This document shows positions 13,320-21,297 of a stretch of 26,727 nucleotides of DNA, piece by piece. The position numbers and the translations under genes are program-made. Source of the stretch: a virus (taxonomy: Duplodnaviria; Heunggongvirae; Uroviricota; Caudoviricetes); IMG/VR virus record IMGVR_UViG_2675903433_000037. One strand, written 5' to 3'. Positions within the stretch are counted from its first letter, which is position 1, and the number at the start of each line of letters is the position of its first letter. The notes beneath the pieces were generated by a model. That model saw only the letters and a program-made list of their open reading frames with translations, made no database searches and was not told where the DNA came from.

Positions 13320-14101
13320 GCTGCCACCTTCTGTTCAGTGGCTTTTTGTTTCAGGAATCCAAGAGCTTTTACTGCTTCGGCCTGTGTCAGTTCTGACGAT
13401 GCACGAATGTCGCGGCGAAATATCTGGGAACAGAGCGGCAATAAGTCGTCATCCCATGTTTTATCCAGGGCGATCAGCAGAGTGTTAATTTCCTGCATGG
13501 TTTCATCGTTAACCGGAGTGATGTCGCGTTCCGGCTGACGTTCTGCAGTGTATGCGGTATTTTCGACAATGCGCTCGGCTTCATCCTTGTCATAGATACC
13601 AGCAAATCCGAAGGCGAGACGGGCACACTGAATCATGGCTTTATGACGTAACATCCGTTTGGGATGCGACTGCCACGGCCCCGTGATTTCTCTGCCTTCG
13701 CGGGTTTTGAATGGTTCGCGGCGGCATTCATCCATCCACTCGGTAACGCAGATCGGATGATTACGGTCCTTGCGGTAAATCCGGCATGTGCAGGATTCAT
13801 TGTCCTGCTCAAAGTCCATGCCATCAAACTGCTGGTTTTCGTTGATGATGCGGGACCAGCCATCAACGCCCACCACCGGAACGATGCCGTTCTGCTTATC
13901 AGGGAAGGCGTAAATTTCTTTCGTCCACGGATTAAGGCCGTACTGGTTGGCGACGATCAGCAATGCGATGAACTGCGCATCGCTGGCATCACCTTTAAAT
14001 GCCGTCTGGCGAAGAGTGGTGATCAGTTCCTGTGGGTCGACAGAATCCATGCCGACACGTTCAGCCAGCTTCCCAGCCAGCGTTGCGAGTGCTGTACTCA
14101 T
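13316..14101 (-). CDS. bet: Bet (Red-beta) single-strand annealing protein, 261 aa
   Basis: '[75 protein letters not shown]...' matches recalled lambda Bet. Confidence 0.95.
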   Translation of the reverse strand: MSTALATLAGKLAERVGMDSVDPQELITTLRQTAFKGDASDAQFIALLIVANQYGLNPWTKEIYAFPDKQNGIVPVVGVDGWSRIINENQQFDGMDFEQDNESCTCRIYRKDRNHPICVTEWMDECRREPFKTREGREITGPWQSHPKRMLRHKAMIQCARLAFGFAGIYDKDEAERIVENTAYTAERQPERDITPVNDETMQEINTLLIALDKTWDDDLLPLCSQIFRRDIRASSELTQAEAVKALGFLKQKATEQKVAA

Positions 14102-14106
14102 CCGTT

Positions 14107-14403
14107 TTATACCTCTGAATCAATATCAACCTGGTGGTGAGCAATGGTTTCAACCATGTACCGGATGTGTTCTGCCATGCGCTCCTGAAACTCAACATCG
14201 TCATCAAACGCACGGGTAATGGCTTTTTTGCTGGCCCCGTGGCGTTGCAAATGATCGATGCATAGCGATTCAAACAGGTGCTGGGGCAGGCCTTTTTCCA
14301 TGTCGTCTGCCAGTTCTGCCTCTTTCTCTTCACGGGCGATCTGCTGGTAGTGACGCGCCCAGCTCTGAGCCTCAAGACGATCCTGAATGTAATAAGCGTT
14401 CAT
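14107..14403 (-). CDS. gam: Gam (RecBCD inhibitor), short 98-aa form
   Basis: '[60 protein letters not shown]...' matches recalled lambda Gam. Confidence 0.9.
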   Translation of the reverse strand: MNAYYIQDRLEAQSWARHYQQIAREEKEAELADDMEKGLPQHLFESLCIDHLQRHGASKKAITRAFDDDVEFQERMAEHIRYMVETIAHHQVDIDSEV

Positions 14404-14478
14404 GGCTGAACTCCTGAAAATGGCTGTGAAAAAATCGCCCGCGGAATGCCAGGCTGATTCGGAAAACAGGAAAGGGGA

Positions 14479-14769
14479 TTAGTGATTCAGACCGTTGCCG
14501 CGTCCGTCGAGAAAAACTTCCACGAGCAAGTCACGGGTATAAGTGCGCTCAATGCCGCGATGCAGATAAAGTCGTCCGCGTAAATTAGCTGATGCAGTCC
14601 AGGTACCATCTTTGCGTTTGACCAGCATTCCTGGCATGACCGCACCGCGATTAACGGTCTGCGTTCCGTAATGTTGATGAACCATAAAAACTCCTGCCCG
14701 TAAGCTGGGCTGCTGAACATATAAAGACTTCTGCGCGTATTCAGGCGGTGGATGGCCGCCGGTTGTCAT
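14479..14769 (-). CDS. Hypothetical protein at the kil position, 96 aa
   Basis: First gene of the leftward operon after the putative OL/PL; ATG with a gagg RBS. Identity to Kil not verifiable from memory. Confidence 0.4.
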   Translation of the reverse strand: MTTGGHPPPEYAQKSLYVQQPSLRAGVFMVHQHYGTQTVNRGAVMPGMLVKRKDGTWTASANLRGRLYLHRGIERTYTRDLLVEVFLDGRGNGLNH

Positions 14770-14939
14770 AACTAAGCCGCCTCGTTGAAGCGACTAAGGT
14801 ATGAAATGTTGAGTTGATTTCAGCTGGTCACACCGACGTTCACGCGTCCGTTTCATCCCTCGCACTCCCCGAAGCCTGCTGAAATTCAAGCTGCGGATCT
14901 AAGCGGTCATCGCAACGGTGAATCAGGTGATTGCCGTAT

Positions 14940-15060
14940 CGTTGTGTTGTTGCGATGAACTCATTTAAAACTATAGTTGTTTTATCGTCAACAACAAAAG
15001 TTGTTTTGTTGGTTGTTTTAGATATAACTGGTTGTATTTAAGATGGATTTATTTTGTGAC
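14940..15060 (-). promoter_or_regulatory. Putative OL/PL operator-promoter region
   Basis: AT-rich tract with repeated gttgtt / aacaac half-sites, for example 'aaaactatagttgtttt', related to the inverted repeat in the cI-cro intergenic region. Confidence 0.4.
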
Positions 15061-15120
15061 TTGCATCGCATAGCGATAACTGAAGCGAGGTCGTGGTGGT
15101 TTTTTTGAACGGTGTATGAT

Positions 15121-15151
15121 GAGGGGAGGGCAAAAGAAAACCCGGCACGGT
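15121..15151 (-). terminator. Rho-independent terminator ending the cI operon (tIMM-like)
   Basis: Hairpin cccggc-acggtg-gccggg flanked by aaaagaaaa on the plus strand, giving a U-run on the minus-strand RNA. Confidence 0.65.
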
Positions 15152-15235
15152 GGCCGGGTTTAGATGATTGGTTAAGAGCGAGGGTAATGGGGAATGAAAA
15201 ATCGCTTTACCTAATGCAAGGGTGCGAGCATTTTC

Positions 15236-15679
15236 TTAAGCACTAAAGAAAAAGTACATTGATAGCTTATAAAGTCCTGTTCCTGCAGCGATGATTGCTG
15301 GAACACCAAGCAATACCGCAAGCTTTGCGTCTGAAATCTTTCTATCGACAGCATCACTTGATGGCTTGTTTGTTAAGGATTCTTTTATAGAGTCCAGACG
15401 TGCAAGAATAGTTATCATATTTTTGTCGATAGCTTTAACGTCTGTTTTAAGTTCATCAACGTCTCGTTTGATATGAGCAACATCGGACTCCAGTTTTGCA
15501 ACTTTTTCAGGCATGTTATCACTCCCAGACCCACTGCTACCACTTGATTGTAGCATGTCCCATCTTTTTCCAGATATACCTGCTAGCTGGGAAGACGCAC
15601 TGGAGTGCAAACAAAATGATTCTGCCGCCTTTGCAATTTTATCATTTAGGTTTGGAGCTTCGTAATAATCGTGTTTCAT
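15236..15679 (-). CDS. Coiled-coil protein with C-terminal membrane anchor, 147 aa (rex-position gene 2)
   Basis: Ser/Gly-rich linker, heptad-like 'VAKLESDVAHIKRDVDELKTDVKAIDKNMITILARLDSIKESL', hydrophobic tail 'LAVLLGVPAIIAAGTGLYKL'. Starts 12 nt after the upstream stop. Confidence 0.6.
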   Translation of the reverse strand: MKHDYYEAPNLNDKIAKAAESFCLHSSASSQLAGISGKRWDMLQSSGSSGSGSDNMPEKVAKLESDVAHIKRDVDELKTDVKAIDKNMITILARLDSIKESLTNKPSSDAVDRKISDAKLAVLLGVPAIIAAGTGLYKLSMYFFFSA

Positions 15680-15691
15680 AATTAATTACGA

Positions 15692-15955
15692 TTAGTTTGT
15701 TTTAGCTTTGTCATGCTGGTCGCGAATGAAGTCAGCCAATTTAAGCATCAATTCTTCGGGCATTCTAATGGTTGCAATGTTGTACTTTATGTTCTCAACA
15801 TCGTCACTTTCATCAACAGGCCATTCAGTTACATTATGAAAAAAAGAAATTGAACCTAGGCGCTGAGAGCCGTCACCAAACGAAGAGTAGCCAAACGCGT
15901 CGGCGTATGCATCGACACAGTTATTTGATTTTTTAACAAGTGTTTTATTACTCAT
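15692..15955 (-). CDS. Hypothetical 87-aa protein with C-terminal RHH-like motif (rex-position gene 1)
   Basis: ATG with a gggaaagg RBS directly downstream of cI. C-terminal 'IATIRMPEELMLKLADFIRDQ' resembles a ribbon-helix-helix strand-helix. Confidence 0.55.
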   Translation of the reverse strand: MSNKTLVKKSNNCVDAYADAFGYSSFGDGSQRLGSISFFHNVTEWPVDESDDVENIKYNIATIRMPEELMLKLADFIRDQHDKAKTN

Positions 15956-16036
15956 TTTTGCCTTTCCCGTAATGTTATTTTTTATAAGGTATTTTCTTCA
16001 GCGTATTACCCAAAAGCCTCATCAACACGCGGCTGA

Positions 16037-16726
16037 TTATCCGTGTTTTCTGTACGTCTGCGGCATGCTCCCAATAACCTTACCGAATATGAATACCCGG
16101 TTCATCTCGTCTTTCTCGATAGGGTCCCACGGTGAGTAGCTCTTGTTATCAGAGATAACCAGCAGTTTATCCTTCATCATTTGCAGGCGCTTTACATGGG
16201 CGGTGTCGTCGTACAGAAATGCATAGATACCATCACCGTCGAAAGATTTAACCGTGATATCAACGAACAGCAGATCACCTGGTTCGATCGTTCCTGACAT
16301 GCTGTCACCACGCACGTTAATGATGCGGATATTTTCTGCCTTCCTACCATCGAACATGTGACGAGCATCGTCAAACGAGTACTCAACCGAGCGTAGAACT
16401 TCTACAAACTCACGGTTGATGACTCCCGGCCCAGCACTGACTTCTATATCAAGAACGTCAATCTTGAAGTATTTGGAATGGCTGACAGTTGATTGTATTG
16501 GTTGCACTGTACTGTCTGACATATTTCCAACGCCAGAAGATAACCATTCTGCGCGCACACCCAAAGCGTTCGCGATCTCCACGATTTTAGTTGTTTGATT
16601 AGCTTTCCCTGTTTCGATTTTCTGAATAGCAGCCTGGCTAACCCCGACCAAATCCCCAAGCGCCTTTTGTGTAAGGCCTCGCGCTAATCTGGCTTCTTTA
16701 AGTCTTTCTGAGAGTGTTGTTTTCAT
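16037..16726 (-). CDS. cI-type prophage repressor (N-terminal HTH plus S24 peptidase domain), 229 aa
   Basis: HTH 'LTQKALGDLVGVSQAAIQKIETG' and S24 signature 'VRGDSMSGTIEPGDLLFV' with a downstream Lys in 'HVKRLQ'. Start chosen at MKTTL; the track's upstream ATG at 16792 lies inside the operator. Confidence 0.85.
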   Translation of the reverse strand: MKTTLSERLKEARLARGLTQKALGDLVGVSQAAIQKIETGKANQTTKIVEIANALGVRAEWLSSGVGNMSDSTVQPIQSTVSHSKYFKIDVLDIEVSAGPGVINREFVEVLRSVEYSFDDARHMFDGRKAENIRIINVRGDSMSGTIEPGDLLFVDITVKSFDGDGIYAFLYDDTAHVKRLQMMKDKLLVISDNKSYSPWDPIEKDEMNRVFIFGKVIGSMPQTYRKHG

Positions 16727-16830
16727 AGTCCAAATGTACAACCAAGGTTTTATTCCATCAAACGAAAATGGTTGTTGACTAAAAACAACCATAGTTTTAA
16801 TCTTGATTCAAATTAACCACGGAGGTTGTT
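16727..16830. promoter_or_regulatory. Divergent PRM/PR-type promoter-operator region
   Basis: 104-bp spacer between the divergent cI-like and cro-like genes. Inverted repeat atggttgtt-N9-aacaaccat at about 16768-16795; the cro-like gene has a ggagg RBS. Confidence 0.6.
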
Positions 16831-17061
16831 ATGAACCCAGCTATCAAAACAGCGATCAATATCGTTGGTTCACAAAAGAAACTGGGCGCTGCCTGCGAAG
16901 TTTCACAGCAGGCCGTCTATAAGTGGCTTCACAACAAAGCAAAGGTATCCCCTGAACATGTCGGCAGCATTGTTACGGCTACTGGTGGAGTAGTGAAGGC
17001 ATACCAGATTCGCCCGGATCTTCCGAAGTTGTTTCCACACACCGAAAAGAACGCAGCTTAA
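16831..17061 (+). CDS. Cro/YdaS-like HTH regulator, 76 aa
   Basis: Small HTH protein ('AACEVSQQAVYKWL') transcribed divergently from the repressor. Confidence 0.75.
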   Translation: MNPAIKTAINIVGSQKKLGAACEVSQQAVYKWLHNKAKVSPEHVGSIVTATGGVVKAYQIRPDLPKLFPHTEKNAA

Positions 17062-17130
17062 ATTTCCATTTCACGCTCTTTAACAATAAGCAATCAACTT
17101 AACAGTCAATTCAAACTAAAGGAGTCAATT

Positions 17131-17670
17131 ATGCAACCACTTCCATACCAACAGACTAGCGGATTTAGCCCGACTGCGGTGATAAATCGTTCTCAAACAA
17201 AACAGGTGCCAGGCCACGAAAAAATCCGTGATGCCGTCCGCGCCTGGTCGGCTGTAGATAATCAGGATGTCGTTGCCACACTCATTGTGAATGAGTATCG
17301 GGAGCAGGGCGGCGGCACCATCGATTTCCCTGATGATGTCAGCCGTACACGCCAGAAGCTGTTCCGCTTCCTCGATAACAAATTCGATTCTGAAAAATAC
17401 CGAAATAACGTGCGTGAACTGACCCCGGCAATTCTGGCGGTACTACCGCTGGAATATCGCGGTTACCTGGTTGAGCAGGATAGCTTCATGGCTAGGTTGG
17501 CTGAAATGGAAAAGGAACTCAGTGAGGCAAAACAGGCTGTCATTCTCAACGCACCACGCCACCAGAAACTGAAGGAAATTAGTGAAGGTATTGTGTCGAT
17601 GTTTCGTGTGGACCCAGAGCTGGCTGGTCCATTGATGGCGATGGTTACTACCATGCTGGGGGCGATATGA
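17131..17670 (+). CDS. YdaT-like protein at the cII position, 179 aa
   Basis: 'EYREQGGGT' and 'LTPAILAVLPLEYRGYL' resemble recalled Rac-prophage YdaT; aaggag RBS. Confidence 0.55.
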   Translation: MQPLPYQQTSGFSPTAVINRSQTKQVPGHEKIRDAVRAWSAVDNQDVVATLIVNEYREQGGGTIDFPDDVSRTRQKLFRFLDNKFDSEKYRNNVRELTPAILAVLPLEYRGYLVEQDSFMARLAEMEKELSEAKQAVILNAPRHQKLKEISEGIVSMFRVDPELAGPLMAMVTTMLGAI

Positions 17671-17756
17671 CAGGTTCAGAAATGGCGAAAGCCGGTCTGC
17701 TGGAACAGAACCGACTTTCAGGTGCAAATCGTAACACACTCATTGCGGGAGGAATT

Positions 17757-18686
17757 ATGGCAAACACTGCTGAGATATTCAATTTTCCAGTGCCGGATGC
17801 GGCACAAAAGGAGCCGCGCGTGGCAGATCTCGATGATGGTTATACGCGCATTGCAAATGAGTTGCTGGAAGCTGTAATGCTGGCCGGATTAACACAGCAC
17901 CAGCTTCTGGTCTTCCTGGCTGTCATGCGCAAAACATATGGCTTTAATAAAAAACTGGACTGGGTGAGCAACGAGCAACTTTCCGAGTTGACCGGGATAT
18001 TGCCGCACAAGTGTTCTGCTGCAAAAAGTGTTCTGGTAAAGCGTGGGATTTTTATTCAGAGCGGGCGGAATATCGGCATTAATAATGTGGTCAGTGAATG
18101 GTCAACATTACCCGAATCAGGTAAGAAAAATAAAGTTTACCTGAAAGAGGTAAATTTACCTGAATCAGGTAAGAAAAGTTTACCCAAATCAGGTAAAGGC
18201 ACTTACCCGAATCAGGTAAACACAAAAGACAAACTAACAAAAGACAATATAAAACCTTATTCGTCCGAGAATTCTGGCGAATCCTCTGACCTGCCAGAAA
18301 ACGACCTTCCTGTGGTGAAAGCGGATGCTGCGATTCAGAGCGGCAGCAAGTGGGGGACAGCAGAAGACCTGACCGCCGCAGAGTGGATGTTTGACATGGT
18401 GAAGACCATCGCGCCATCAGCCAGAAAACCGAATTTTGCAGGGTGGGCTAACGATATCCGTCTGATGCGTGAACGTGATGGACGTAACCACCGCGACATG
18501 TGTGTACTGTTCCGCTGGGCCTGCCAGGACAACTTCTGGTCCGGTAACGTGCTGAGTCCGGCCAAACTCCGCGACAAGTGGACCCAGCTCGAAATCAACC
18601 GGAACAAGCAACAGGCTGGCGTGACAGTCGGCAAACCAAAACTCGACCTGACAAACACAGACTGGATTTACGGGGTGGATCTATGA
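17757..18686 (+). CDS. O: Replication initiator O-like protein, 309 aa
   Basis: N-terminus resembles lambda O ('ADLDDGY...RKTYG'); ori iterons lie inside the gene; stop overlaps the P start. The track ORF starts 90 nt upstream; ATG 17757 has a gggagga RBS. Confidence 0.85.
   Translation: MANTAEIFNFPVPDAAQKEPRVADLDDGYTRIANELLEAVMLAGLTQHQLLVFLAVMRKTYGFNKKLDWVSNEQLSELTGILPHKCSAAKSVLVKRGIFIQSGRNIGINNVVSEWSTLPESGKKNKVYLKEVNLPESGKKSLPKSGKGTYPNQVNTKDKLTKDNIKPYSSENSGESSDLPENDLPVVKADAAIQSGSKWGTAEDLTAAEWMFDMVKTIAPSARKPNFAGWANDIRLMRERDGRNHRDMCVLFRWACQDNFWSGNVLSPAKLRDKWTQLEINRNKQQAGVTVGKPKLDLTNTDWIYGVDL
18105..18270. repeat. Origin of replication: four to five palindromic ~18-bp iterons plus an AT-rich tract
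   Basis: Repeated tTACCcgAATCAGGTAAg units at about 18109, 18136 (degenerate), 18155, 18179 and 18201, followed by an A-rich stretch. Confidence 0.7.
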
Positions 18687-19384
18687 AAAACATCGCCGCA
18701 CAGATGATTAACTTTGACCGTGAGCAGATGCGTCGGATCGCCAACAACATGCCGGAACAGTACGACGAAAAGCCGCAGGTACAGCAGGTAGCGCAGATAA
18801 TCAACGGTGTATTCAGCCAGTTACTGGCAACTTTCCCGGCGAGCCTGGCTAATCGTGACCAGAACGAACTGAACGAAATCCGCCGCCAGTGGGTTCTGGC
18901 TTTCCGGGAAAACGGGATCACCACGATGGAACAGGTGAGCGCCGGAATGCGTGTTGCCCGTCGGCAGAATAGACCATTTCTGCCATCACCCGGGCAGTTT
19001 GTTGCATGGTGCCGGGAAGAAGCATCCGTTAACGCCGGGCTGCCAAACGTCAGCGAGCTGGTTGATATGGTTTACGAGTATTGCCGGAAGCGTGGCCTGT
19101 ATCCGGATGCAGAGTCTTATCCGTGGAAATCGAACGCGCATTACTGGTTGGTTACCAACCTGTACCAGAACATGCGGGCCAATGCGCTGACTGACGCGGA
19201 ATTACGGCGCAAGGCTGCCGATGAACTGACCTGTATGACAGCGCGAATTAACCGTGGTGAGACGATACCTGAACCAGTAAAACAACTTCCTGTTATGGGC
19301 GGTAGACCTCTAAATCGTGCACAGGCTCTGGCGAAGATCGCAGAAATCAAAGCTAAGTTTGGGCTGAAAGGAGCAAGTGTATGA
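18683..19384 (+). CDS. P: Replication protein P (DnaB helicase loader), 233 aa
   Basis: 'MKNIAAQMINFDREQMRRIANNMPEQYDEKPQVQQVAQIINGVFSQLLATFPASLANRDQNE...' is near-identical to recalled lambda P. Confidence 0.95.
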   Translation: MKNIAAQMINFDREQMRRIANNMPEQYDEKPQVQQVAQIINGVFSQLLATFPASLANRDQNELNEIRRQWVLAFRENGITTMEQVSAGMRVARRQNRPFLPSPGQFVAWCREEASVNAGLPNVSELVDMVYEYCRKRGLYPDAESYPWKSNAHYWLVTNLYQNMRANALTDAELRRKAADELTCMTARINRGETIPEPVKQLPVMGGRPLNRAQALAKIAEIKAKFGLKGASV

Positions 19385-19413
19385 CGGGCAAAGAAAGATT
19401 CTTCGTTACTTGA
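19381..19413 (+). pseudogene. ren: ren remnant: 10-codon ORF MTGKERFFVT-stop
   Basis: ATG overlaps the P stop (ATGA) as in lambda P/ren, and the first four codons match recalled lambda Ren (MTGKE). Confidence 0.45.
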
Positions 19414-19565
19414 AGAAATACAGTGTTTATTGTTCTTTTGAGATGTTGCGAAAACAGGAATTACCACGGTAAACATTTTGTAGCTGACCCATGCATTGAT
19501 GAAATATTGTGGGTATTTAATAGAGCATAATTATCAAGTTGCGTAAGATGTGGAGTAATGGTATG

Positions 19566-19590
19566 GGCGGTGTTAGCACCGCCTTTAATT
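19566..19590 (+). terminator. Hairpin terminator downstream of P
   Basis: ggcggtg-ttag-caccgcc followed by tttaatt. Confidence 0.5.
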
Positions 19591-19936
19591 AAAGCTCAGA
19601 AAGCTGTGATAATATTTTTTCTGGAGTGGTTTCGTTGGAAATGCTAAATAATACAGCACCTTTGACTGATTCATCTCTCATTTCAATTTCACATGAATTA
19701 TGGTTGTATGAGATTGCATAATTTTTTAATGTTCTTTCGCTTTGCCACCACACCATATTTGCAAGACTTCCGTTATACGTTCTTATCTCGATTGATCCGG
19801 GCAGGGCTTTCCAGATAACACCTCCTAGCAATGTAAGAGCGGCTGCACCAACATTTTTTGCATGATGGTTAGAACGTTCCATTACCCCTTCAGCATAACG
19901 ATGAAGAATCTCTATGTCAGTCGCTTTGATAGTCAT
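19589..19936 (-). CDS. Hypothetical protein, 115 aa, on the opposite strand to flanking genes
   Basis: ATG-initiated ORF opposing the rightward early operon, with AT-rich upstream DNA. No family recognised. Confidence 0.5.
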   Translation of the reverse strand: MTIKATDIEILHRYAEGVMERSNHHAKNVGAAALTLLGGVIWKALPGSIEIRTYNGSLANMVWWQSERTLKNYAISYNHNSCEIEMRDESVKGAVLFSISNETTPEKILSQLSEL

Positions 19937-20164
19937 GTTATTTCCATGTAATTGCTGTGTGAAACGTAGTGTTAGTTAGGTGTTAGCAGAATATAGCATC
20001 AAAGTCGAAACCGGTAGAAAAAATATTGGTGATTATTTCGCTGCATTTGGAACTGGAACAACAATGATTATTAGCATGATTGCTTTTTCCAGTCATAAGA
20101 ATGAGTCGTGTTAATTTTTTCTATTCAATAGGAAATTATCATGTCATCAGAATATGAACAACTA

Positions 20165-20257
20165 CGGTGACTTCTGCGCTAAACGGGGACGTTTATGCGC
20201 ACATACAATCCAAACTCTCTTCTCCCTCCACAGATGCAGAAATACACCTGCGATTTT
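20165..20257 (+). repeat. Direct repeat R1 (93 bp) carrying an RBS and the 5' end of a ylcH-like small ORF
   Basis: About 94% identical to 22487-22579. Contains ggggacgtttATGcgcacatacaat..., with the ATG at 20195 opening a 46-codon ORF. Confidence 0.8.
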
Positions 20258-20414
20258 TTGCATTCGGTGTTTTTGGCAGCCAAGAACAGGGAGTCTCTGT
20301 TTGTCTGGCGGCTAAAGGTGATATGGAAATCGTGATGTCTTAGCCTAAAGTAGTTGCAACAGTTGGAGCGATTATGGTGGTAGTAGTGATCATCGCGCCC
20401 CCCATATGCAAGGG

Positions 20415-20444
20415 TTGACGACATTATTTATCCGGCGCTATATT
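20415..20444 (+). promoter_or_regulatory. Sigma70-like promoter
   Basis: -35 TTGACG, 18-bp spacer, -10 TATATT. Confidence 0.45.
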
Positions 20445-20504
20445 CTGTGCGTTGCCGCAAAATCGGCACACGGGATTGGCGTCCCGGACATCAAAACGAC
20501 GCAT

Positions 20505-20527
20505 AACCGCGTTCGCGGTTTTTTTAT
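20505..20527 (+). terminator. Intrinsic terminator in the leader upstream of the Bro-N gene
   Basis: aaccgcg-tt-cgcggtt hairpin followed by ttttttt, about 60 nt downstream of the predicted promoter. Confidence 0.55.
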
Positions 20528-20688
20528 GCGCAGTGCACGTCTACACAAAAATTATGGTGGGCTGTGTGAGGGCTTCTTCGGAAGCGCCGGATTTCGTTTT
20601 GACCGGTTACGCCAACCTTGCACAGTCCACCACCAGTCGATTGGCGTCGTCGGTGGTGATAGCTCAAATTCAAAACGAGATTATCGCT

Positions 20689-21297
20689 ATGGTCACTCAG
20701 CTCGCATTCCGCGATGTAAAATTCACTCCTATAAATCACAACAACCAGATCTGGTTTACCAGCAAAGAATTGGCGGCAGCATTAAAATATGCCAGCACCA
20801 AAGCAGTAACCGACATCTACAACAAAAATATTGATGAGTTTACTGACGGAATGTCTCAGGTCGTCGAATCAACGACCTCAGGAAATTATCGTAAGAAGAC
20901 TCGCATTTTCTCCCTCCGTGGCGCCCATCTGATCGCCATGTTCGCCCGCACTCCTGTGGCCAAAGAATTCCGCCGCTGGGTGCTGGATATTCTCGATCGA
21001 GAAATTCAACAATCCCCAATCACAAAACAATTCACTGATAACGAACTTTGCACACTTGCTTGGTTATGGCGGGCAAGTGACACAATGTTAACCGCTTGCC
21101 AAAACGTCACTCCGCTTCTTCAGGTAGCAGAACACCGCGAAGCCGGTCGCTTCACTTCAATCGAACAAGAATATCCCCGGATACTCAATAAGGCACAGGC
21201 AATCCTTGCCAGAGAAACGGCACATGTAAAATTCCGGCCGTGGCAGGATGATAAGTGGAGTCGAGTATTGACGCATTTACGTTCTGAACGGCTGTAA
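20689..21297 (+). CDS. Bro-N domain antirepressor-like protein, 202 aa
   Basis: N-terminus 'FTPINHNNQIWFTSKELAAAL...RIFSLRGAHLIAMFARTPVAKEFRRWVLDIL' fits the Bro-N pattern. The track's 281-aa ORF would span the promoter and terminator. Confidence 0.65.
   Translation: MVTQLAFRDVKFTPINHNNQIWFTSKELAAALKYASTKAVTDIYNKNIDEFTDGMSQVVESTTSGNYRKKTRIFSLRGAHLIAMFARTPVAKEFRRWVLDILDREIQQSPITKQFTDNELCTLAWLWRASDTMLTACQNVTPLLQVAEHREAGRFTSIEQEYPRILNKAQAILARETAHVKFRPWQDDKWSRVLTHLRSERL

Noticed and set aside
8504-13320. Repeated ~1-kb units considered as a possible CRISPR array or other short-repeat array
   Set aside because: The repeats are kilobase-scale duplicated genes, not 25-40-bp repeats with unique spacers; no cas genes present.
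13633-14375. Plus- and minus-strand ORFs overlapping bet and gam (13664-14140, 13947-14219, 14061-14375, 13633-13866)
   Set aside because: Alternative-frame or antisense shadows of the confidently identified bet and gam genes.
14770-14950. Possible N or cIII homolog between the kil-position gene and OL
   Set aside because: Only very short ORFs (20 codons or fewer) with poor start contexts; no similarity to recalled lambda N or cIII.
16727-16792. Upstream ATG at 16792 giving a 251-aa repressor (MVVFSQQPF...)
   Set aside because: The extension overlaps the operator inverted repeat and precedes the conserved HTH N-terminus; the shorter MKTTL start fits a leaderless cI-type gene.
18105-18225. 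Iterons in O considered as a possible CRISPR-like or transposon terminal repeat
   Set aside because: Palindromic units at regular ~23-bp spacing inside the O gene followed by an AT-rich tract are the standard lambdoid origin architecture.
20179-20424. 81-aa minus-strand ORF across repeat R1
   Set aside because: Antisense to the ylcH-like ORF and promoter region; Cys/His-rich low-complexity translation, no RBS.
20452-20688. N-terminal extension of the Bro-N ORF (281-aa version) and overlapping ORF 20406-20834
   Set aside because: They span a predicted promoter and an intrinsic terminator; the Bro-N homology begins at the ATG at 20689.
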